Source: Eledone cirrhosa (lineage: Eukaryota). Taken from it: DNA of 64,000 nt. The DNA is taken from positions 65,162,001 to 65,226,000 of the forward strand of contig OZ024742.1 in the NCBI GenBank assembly GCA_964016885.1, read 5' to 3'. Below the pieces are notes generated by a model, which was given only the letters and a program-made list of their open reading frames with translations, searched no databases and was not told where the DNA came from. Below, one piece after another: positions 53,627-64,000 of the stretch. A program made the translations under genes and the position numbers. Position 1 is the stretch's first letter; every line of letters starts with the position of its first letter.

Positions 53627-54559
53627 CAGTGTCAGCACATTCTTTCTCAGTGTTTACTGAAAGGGACATAACCAAATAACTTAAAGGGCTTTATTGGTGT
53701 TTTTTTAAATGTATATATCAATGTGCCAATGACTATCTTCTGAGGCCTCAGAAACTGAGAGGGATTGGAGAAGGTATCCTTAAATCATACCTGGCCTAAA
53801 TGCTTGTGTTAAACTGAGTGATGGGTTAAATATCAGGACTCGGTGACTTGAAGAAAATCATGATTCTAGAAAGGCAGAAATAATGATTCTAGTCTGAACG
53901 AATACAACAATGAAGTACAGCTTATACACATAGGGCAGTGGTGCTGCTGCCACACACACACATCCACGTTCAGAGAAAGGCCATTCTACTGATTCATATA
54001 GAGTCACTTGACAACTCCTTACTCACAGACATACTGTCTTTATCAACATTTCTATTGTTACTACAATGGCTTCTGTTCCTCAGAGTCAGTACTCATGACT
54101 CACTCACCTCTCCTTTTATCACCTTTATTATGTATGTCCAACTCCATATGTCCTGCACTAGCCCCTACACTCGGTTGTCCTTGGATCATTGATTCTCTGG
54201 AATTCCCTCCAGATACATGTCTTTTCTGCAGCTGTTGTGGAATGTCAACTACATCAATCTTCACTGGTTTCAGAGGGGCCCGCAGAAGCCACGGGTACTT
54301 TCTCCTGCTCCAGGCCAAACTAATAAAAAAAGGGAATTTTGATAGACATCTTATGAACAGGTTGTTGTGTTAAATCAGGAAATAATTAGGTCCATCCTAA
54401 TAGTTTCTGTAGAACCAGTTTTGTTTACAAGGCCATATATGGAGACATTGGCCTGATATGTGTTGCAATGAAATTGAACTCAGAACTATCATGATTGTAA
54501 AGGGAACTTTTTAGTCACATAGCAATACTCTATTGTTTTTGCCCTCCCAACAGTAGCAA

Positions 54560-55040
54560 TCATTTCTAATTTAGACACAAGGCCAGCAATTGTCAGGCAC
54601 TATACTTAATCAACACTGGAAGGATGAAAGGCAAAGTTGACCTCAATGTGATTTGAACACTGAATGTAAAAAACCAGAACAAATGCTGCAAACTATAAAC
54701 CATCCTCCTCTCAACAATAATAATTGGTTCTACTTTTGGCACAAGGCCAGCAATTACCCAGTGCATTACTGGTTCCTTATTTTATCGACTCCGTAAGGAT
54801 GAAAGGCAAAGTTAGCCTCAGCAGGATTTGAACTCAGAATGGCAAGGGCTGTAACTCTATGCATCAAAGCATGGCATCCGACCCTCTACCGATACTGCCA
54901 ATCCACTGCCCTCAACAATAATAATTGTTTCTACTTTAGGCACAAGGCCAGCAATTACCCAGTGCATTACTAGTACTTTATTTTATCGACCCCGTAAGGA
55001 TGAAAGGCAAAGTCAACCTCGGCGGGATTTGAACTCAGAT
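54560..55040 (-). mobile_element. Three tandem SINE family B copies
   Basis: Old copy ~54560-54690; full copy ~54716-54913 with TSD CAACAATAATAATT; partial copy ~54922-55040. Confidence 0.85.
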
Positions 55041-55715
55041 CGTACAACAATAATAATGTTAATAACAATAACAATTTCTAACATTGGTACAAGGTCAGGG
55101 TTTTAATGGGAATATACAATAACAAACGTTTTATGGTTATTTTTCTTGCAAGAGCAGTGATTAGCTGTGTGAGCATCATGATATGCTTCATACTCATTAT
55201 ATGGTAATATTACTTCATACTCCTTTTTAAAGTAATATTTTATGGCAGGATGCCCTTTTTATAGTCTCTTACAACATGCAGGGAAATGATGTAACTATTC
55301 TAAACAGAATGTGCATTTATAATAGGTATGAGTATCTGGTTTAGAATAGATACATTGTATCCTTGTGTCGAAGAAGTGACTAAAAAAGGTGGTGTCAGGA
55401 AAGGTATCCAGGTGTAAACATTGCTTCAAAAAGTCTTGTCCAACACATGCCAGCATGGAAAAGTCAATGTAAAAATAGTGATGATGATGATCAGATGATT
55501 CCAATATGTAACTGGAACCTTATTTTATCGACTCCTTTCTCTAGTTGTGAACTAACTTCTTGACTTTAATGCTATATATATATCATACATACATTTAACA
55601 AAAGATTTGTTAGTAAATGATAACCTCACACCTATGTTAAGTGGAGGTTAAGAATTGCAGAGTGGATCTGTGTGTGTAGATAGTAGCACAGCTGCTGTGC
55701 CACAATACATGAACC

Positions 55716-55763
<48 letters not shown>

Positions 55764-55938
55764 TGTAAAATCCCAACTGTGACAACAAGCGGTTTTGGTT
55801 TGTAGGTTCAACAAGGCTTGCTGAACACACGCTGAAACCGCTTGGCACCGCTGTCAGGATTTTATGTATCTCTGTACCCACTCTGCATCTCCTCATGCAT
55901 TGAGTACTCTCATGATTATTGGTCTCCTTGGTCTCTCG

Positions 55939-55970
<32 letters not shown>

Positions 55971-56121
55971 CTACTGTTAGGCAACTAACAGAGAACGAAG
56001 GACAACCACAGACGGAGATATGAACTCTCCTCTCTAAATATGTATGTAAAAACTAATAATTTGTCTTCCTCTTTTTATTATTCGTATAAATATGCAAGCT
56101 AACTGCATTATGCACATCAAC

Positions 56122-56158
56122 AGTTGAAAAAGCATATAATGCTGAAACCGGTACCACT
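56122..56158 (+). ncRNA. Variant minimal hammerhead motif
   Basis: AG-TTGAAAA-AGCA-TATAA-TGCT-GAAA-CCGG-TA, with palindromic ACCGGT; lies in a (TA)n-flanked insert 55970-56280. Confidence 0.4.
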
Positions 56159-56290
56159 ATTAAATGCGGAAATATCCACTTTATAAATAAATAAATGTTT
56201 TGATATTATACTGAAAAAATCTCTCCAGCATTTTCTACTGAAAATTTTTCTTTTCCTTTTTACTATTTGTTTATATACATATATATATAT

Positions 56291-56741
56291 ATAAATGGAA
56301 TAGAATGAAACGAAATTTCATTTCTCATTCTTAGTACGGCACTTACTTAAATGTAAATATGTATGTATACGTACATACATATATGTATACAGACGTACAG
56401 TAGTATGTATATATATACATACATACATGCACACACACATATATATATATATATGCACGTTTGTTTGTAAACAAACAAATAGCCCGAATTACGCCGTACA
56501 GTGTTTAGGCAACCACGTCACCTTTTTGTTCAACACTGACCTGACACAGGAACGATGTACTAGTTTCAGCATCGTAACCTTCCTGCCAGATCGTTGAACG
56601 TCTGAAAGTATATACTTTCCTTATGCATATTAACGGCTGAGCAGCTTAATTTGCATATCGATTGAGTTCAGTCGGCCGGGCACACCGAAAACAATAAATG
56701 GAATAGAATGAAACGAAATTTCATTTCTCACTCTTAGTACG
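56291..56741. repeat. 48-bp direct repeat bracketing a CpG-rich insert
   Basis: ATAAATGGAATAGAATGAAACGAAATTTCATTTCTCA.TCTTAGTACG at 56291 and 56694. Confidence 0.7.
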
Positions 56742-56771
56742 TCTGTATACATATATGTATGTACGTATACA

Positions 56772-56844
<73 letters not shown>

Positions 56845-56845
<1 letters not shown>

Positions 56846-57081
56846 GCCGTGTAACACAGTCCACGCTGTAATGTGGCCGTGTAGGTAGGTAACACGGCAA
56901 AACACCTCCCAGTCCACACTGTAAACGTGGTTGGTGTTAGGAAGGGCATCCAGCCGTAGAAAACCTGCCAGACAGTCCTATACGAGCAAGACAACCAATC
57001 TTGCCTCAAGTGGGAAAATTCCCGTCCAAACCCATGCAAGCGTGGAAGATGGACGTTAAACGATGATGATGATTATGATGA
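56845..57081 (+). mobile_element. 5'-truncated SINE-like element with RTE-type tail
   Basis: Homologous to 662-884. Confidence 0.7.
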
Positions 57082-60000
57082 TATATACACACACACATAC
57101 ATAACTTCTCAAAAACACAAAATTAATAAGAGGGAAAATATATTTAAGAATCAAAATCTGCTTTCATAGTTACACAAGAAATTGACAGTTAATTCCCCCA
57201 GCCCCATCACCGTTATTGTATTTCTGCTACACACACACACACACATAGAACTAGATGATGTCCTAAAGCAGTAAAACAGCTGACGCCAGATTTATCCCAC
57301 CAGGTGTCAGCAAGTCTGTGTCATTCTATTAGTAAGTCAACAGGTAGCAGAGGTGCGTGGGGAGCGGCAGAAGGGGTATACTTTGAGGTGTGTGTGTGTG
57401 TAGGGGGGGAAGTAGAACAATAACAACAACAATAAATAACAGATCTATTGATAAACTACAACAGCATTAATTAATTAAAAAGTATAACTCTTAAAAAACT
57501 AAGGTAAGGGTTTGGAACTCTCCAGTTCAAGAAACGCGCACACACATATATACACAATATCTTTTCATTATAGAGAGAGAGAGAGAGAGAGAGAATATGC
57601 TAGAGATTGGAATCAGACAACTGAGAGACAGACCCATATAGATATAGAGATGAGTTTATATATACATGTGTGTGTGGTTCAGATAGACCTATGTATGATA
57701 ATAATTAAAATATTGAACACAATATAAAACATTTATTAGGAATAACATTTTAGAAGTTTTATGTAGGATAACTTCCTTGAGACTTATTTACTACATTAGA
57801 GAAAGTAACAATAACAACTATAGCTACAACAACAAGTCTTATGTAGAGATATATTGTAAGATTCCTATATGAAAGCAGGGGAGAAAGAAAGGTTTAAAAA
57901 CAACAAAAAGCATAAGGAAGATAGCATTAAAGGGATAATAAAAATATGATGTCAGAAGTTAATGGGAGTCAAGCTGGATTAGTGGTTGTCAAATGGGTAG
58001 CAAATGAATATAACATGGGGGTCATTAGGGTTAACAAAAAAATGAAATTCAAGGGAAATAACTCAAGTCATCCAAATAGCATGAATTTAGATAAATCAAG
58101 ATGGTGGAAATTGGAAAGGGTATTTTGTATAAGGAAAGAGGTTTGTGTGTCTGTGTGTGCAGGGGAGTATATAATAGAGCAAACTCTGTAGATTCTTGAG
58201 CGTTTTCTTGGCTTGCACTACTGAGTGAAATACTCCTACGAATCAAAAACCCATGAAAGGTTAGAAAAATTACAACAAAAATATCATTAGCCCTTGTGTC
58301 ACCACATGAAAACAACCAAGAATTTGGAGGGATTTAATAATATGAATAACGTTCTCATTATTTAGTTGGTGTTTGGGTTATAAAGTAAGAAAGGTTCTTA
58401 TATAAAATTATGATGGATGGTTTTAGATAAATATTAAATAGGTGCAGTTTCAGGCAGGTTGGTATCAAAGAGGTTAAAATATAAATCAGAATATTCAAAC
58501 AACGGAACCGCCTTGCAGGTTATTTGACCCACTAGAAATATTAAATAACAGCCAGATCGCACAACACCAGCTTTAAAAAAAGGTTGAGTATATTTGAATA
58601 AAAGCTGGGATGGTCAATGTTGTATCCTAGATCTGCTGGATCAGGACTGACCTGCAGCAAAACAACAACAAATATTACATAACCCTATCAAGAAAACATG
58701 GACAAGGATTTCAATTCATGACATAAAGAGCTGGAAGGAATACCACAAAGTATTTGTCCATCACACTAATGATTTTGCCAATCCACTACCCTTCAGAATA
58801 ATAAAACAAAGATGTTCAACCTAACTAATGTTAGCTAGTGTCCAACAAGATGTCAAGGATAATTATCATATATTATGATGGTTGTTAGGAATGTAGACAC
58901 AAACCTATCTAAAAAAACAAAACAATACCAAAACAAGATCCACTCCTCACAGAAAAATAGACTCTCAAATAAATCTGTGAACTCATATTTATATAACAGT
59001 TCCTGTATCTAGCTAGATGTAAGTTGTTTTAATTAGTTAATTGGATAAATGTGCCTTACAAGTACATGACTTGAAATTACATTATACTTAACCATCCTAA
59101 TTACCATGAAATATGCTCCACATTAAACCTGGGTTTCATGACTTGAGTGGTTTATATCTGAGGTATGGTTGGTGGGTAATGGCTAGGGTGTGATTATTGG
59201 TAGGTGATTAGTGATTGAGGTCGGTTGATTTATGAGTAGTGGTTGATGTATGATGACTGGTAGCAGGTTTGTCAGGTTCTGGCGAGCTTTTAGAACATGT
59301 GGGTATTGATCGAGAGTTTAAGGTCGGAGGGTAGTGGCTGAGACTTTAGTGTTGATTGTTGTTTCACCCAGTGTTATCCTTCATCGAGCAGATCTTTGAT
59401 CAAGACCATTCCAGTTACAACAATCCAGTTCTACATCATCCGTATACTCTAAATAATTACAATATGGAGATACATCCCAACCAGCTGTATTTAGATAAAG
59501 AGATATGGTTCACTTTGCAGTAAATAGACATCATATGGAGGTAAAGTACACTGATAGGTTGTAAGTAGGGGTACAGTCCATATACAGTCTACCTAGTTGT
59601 AAATAGGTACCATATTTTAGTATGGACAATACAACCTTCAATTTAAAATGTTACTCTCATGTATATATGACCCATACTTGGTAAAAGGCCTTTGGTAATA
59701 TAATGTCACACCTCGAAGTTGTCCTTTCATTTAAAAAAAAAATTATACTCTATTCAACCTCATTTTAAACATGCTCTAACTAAGAGAGCCTCAACATGAC
59801 CACTGTACCCACTAGAATTAAAAACCAAATTCCTCTAATGCCACACCCGGATGTTTTAAAAAAAAGAAGGGCATATTGGTCACATCAGGAACACCTTTGA
59901 TGATAAATCTGCTAGATCAGAGCTGACTTGGAACTAAGTATTAACTTGCTTCACACTGGGTTATATTGAGTACATGAAATAACCTTCCCACAAATAAGTC

Positions 60001-61248
60001 TGTGATCTGTAGCACATGATGGAGTTGTATGGGTGTCATAGTGATATACAGCATGTCTTGGGTACTTTAAACCTTGAGGAGCCCAACCCTACTCAAGGTT
60101 GAAACACAGCCAATTTCTTTGAGAGAAAGAGAGAAATGTAATGGAAGAATCAACTGAACTGGTGGATTTTTTTTTATCAACCTTGAGGATGAAAGGCACA
60201 GTTCTTGGTGGAATTTGAATTAAGAGAGAGCAGACATCTAGAATGAATACCACAATGTAATTTATCTGACATTTTAATGACTGCCAATCTGCCACAAATA
60301 TATAGAACATATAAAAACACCCACCTCCAATGCCATACACAAACAAATGAATAGCCAATGACACCATCAAAGGATTTTTAGTCAATTATATTGATCCCAG
60401 TACCTTGTTTTGTACCTATTTTATTGACTTTCTAATGGATGAATGGTGAAGTATATTCTGACCTAAAGAGATGTAACTCAAAACTAAATACAAGGTAATT
60501 ATGTTCAATGTACTGAACTTATTTGGCTATCACTTTCAAAAATATATATTGGACGATTTAGCAGTCAGAAAATTGGTCTTTTGATCCAGGTCTCTGTACT
60601 CTTGAGTTTAAATCCTACCAAGGTCCACTTCATCTTTCAGGGTCACTAAAGAAAGTCTCACCTTAGTTCTAGCACTTCTCTTTCTCTCTCTCTCTTTCCA
60701 GCCACCTCATCATGGAAGTTCTGCTGGATCAAGGAAAGAAAGATTGAGAGGATGTCTGTGAAAACACAGTACATACTACCAAATCATACTCAATTGAAGG
60801 TGTCTACTGTAATTTCACACACACACACACACATTCACACAGAGAACAGATATCAGATATCAGCCCAGTTTCCATCAACCAACTTTCACTGAAAAGGCAC
60901 TGGTCAACCCAAGACTTTGATAGAAAACACTTGCTCAATGTGTCATGCTGTAAGTTTAAGCTAGCAAAAACATGATTGCAAAGTGAATTTTTTATCCTTA
61001 CAGCCATGTATGTTTTTAATTATGTATTAAAAAGGAATTGATTAATATTAATTAATATATAAATGTTTGAAATTATAATTTCACCACAAGAGAATTCAAG
61101 CAGTAACAATCTGTTACGAAAGATTGTTGACGGGGAGCAAATAACATTTTGTAAATATTTAGCTTTAGTATGTGACCTCACAACTTTGATCTTTAATTCA
61201 GCTTTATAATTTTTTCACATTATACACAAATGAATATATATGTCTGTA

Positions 61249-61353
<105 letters not shown>

Positions 61354-61549
61354 GTGTATATATATATATACAATAGTTGCTAAAAATCTTTTTTAGTAGC
61401 GATCATAGACGGCTAGTCTACGATTTCCCGCCTTCACTATACACCAATGTATTTACGGGTCACTTTCACGACCTTTCAGACCTGTATTAGTTGGAGTGAG
61501 GTCATATATTTTGTCGTTCCTGGGGTTTTTAACCCTAGGACAGGAAAAT

Positions 61550-61631
61550 GCTTCTCTGATGATCGTTGCTTTTCCATTAATATCCACGTGATATCTAATG
61601 TTTTGCACCGTGAAACTGTACAGTTAGGGCC
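61550..61631 (+). ncRNA. Type I hammerhead-like motif
   Basis: GCTTCT-CTGATGA-TCGTTGC...GCACCGT-GAAA-CTGTACAG-TT-AGGGC, palindromic stem III; (TA)n-flanked insert 61371-61746. Confidence 0.55.
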
Positions 61632-61762
61632 ATTAGAATAGGTAAATATTTATATTATATTTTAATTTTGATTAATGTTAATTGTATATTAATTTTGATT
61701 TATTTTGAAAAATTGGTTGAATTTTACTTGTTCTGCTTATCTTGAGATATATATATATATAT

Positions 61763-61962
61763 NNNNNNNNNNNNNNNNNNNNNNNNNNNNNNNNNNNNNN
61801 NNNNNNNNNNNNNNNNNNNNNNNNNNNNNNNNNNNNNNNNNNNNNNNNNNNNNNNNNNNNNNNNNNNNNNNNNNNNNNNNNNNNNNNNNNNNNNNNNNNN
61901 NNNNNNNNNNNNNNNNNNNNNNNNNNNNNNNNNNNNNNNNNNNNNNNNNNNNNNNNNNNNNN
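61763..61962. other. Assembly gap (200 N)
   Basis: Run of n. Confidence 0.99.
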
Positions 61963-62434
61963 ATGCCTGTGTGAGGAGCGCGATGCTGCTGCATGGTAGT
62001 GAGACATGGGCAGCTACCGCAGAAGATATGCGACGGCTGGAGAGAAATGAGGCAAGCATGCTCCGTTGGATGTGCAGTGTAAATGTGCGTGAACGACCCA
62101 GCATAAATGTGTTGAGAGAGAAACTGTGTCTGAGAGGGATAGAATGTAGTGTACGGGAGAGGAGACTGAGGTGGTATGGACATGTGATGCGCATGGAGGA
62201 TGACCGATGGGTGAAGAAGTGCCAGGAAATGCCAGTTGAAGGAAGACGTAGTAGAGGTAGACCACGAAAAACATGGGCGGAGGTGGTGAGAACAGACCTC
62301 AGATCATTGAAGCTCACGGTGGAGATGACGAGGGACCGTGACGAGTGGAGAGATGCTGTGCTGAATAAGACCCGTCCCACCCTTGCAAGCAGGGAAAAGC
62401 GGACGTAAAATGATGATGATGATGATGATGATGA
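61963..62434 (+). mobile_element. RTE-clade LINE 3' end, young, ORF open to its stop
   Basis: ACVRSAMLLHGSETW...MLRWMC...RLRWYGHVMR...RSRGRPRKTW; (TGA)n tail; 5' part lost in the gap. Confidence 0.9.

Positions 62435-64000
<1,566 letters not shown>

Noticed and set aside
53938-54373. Overlapping 70-120 aa ORFs in moderately GC-rich sequence
   Set aside because: No recognisable domain or convincing splice-site pair
61678-62380. ORFs spanning the N run
   Set aside because: Artefacts of translating the gap or the antisense of the RTE fragment

Overview
AT-rich, microsatellite-dense eukaryotic genomic DNA. The repeat repertoire is what I would expect of an octopus/cephalopod genome (inference, not proven). 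There is a 200-nt assembly gap at 61763-61962. The only host coding sequence I can support is one minus-strand spliced exon at 8356-8493 that looks like the first coding exon of a tetraspanin. The dominant feature is a young, rearranged Penelope-like retroelement (PLE) at about 43.5-48.8 kb. It forms a near-perfect 2.13-kb inverted repeat (RT C-half, Cys linker, GIY-YIG nuclease and pLTR in each arm) around a 1-kb spacer encoding the PLE N-terminus with a roughly 160-aa in-frame Asn-rich insert. At least nine further hammerhead-ribozyme-like motifs are scattered through the window, mostly in small inverted or direct-repeat PLE remnants next to (TA)n. Other content: two tRNA-derived SINE families (one shares its 3' end with an RTE LINE fragment in the same window), RTE, R4/Dong-like and CRE-like LINE fragments, mariner, piggyBac-type and hAT remnants, and a tRNA-like unit. 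Nearly all short ORFs in the supplied track are microsatellite artefacts. All analysis was by eye and coordinates of decayed repeats are approximate.
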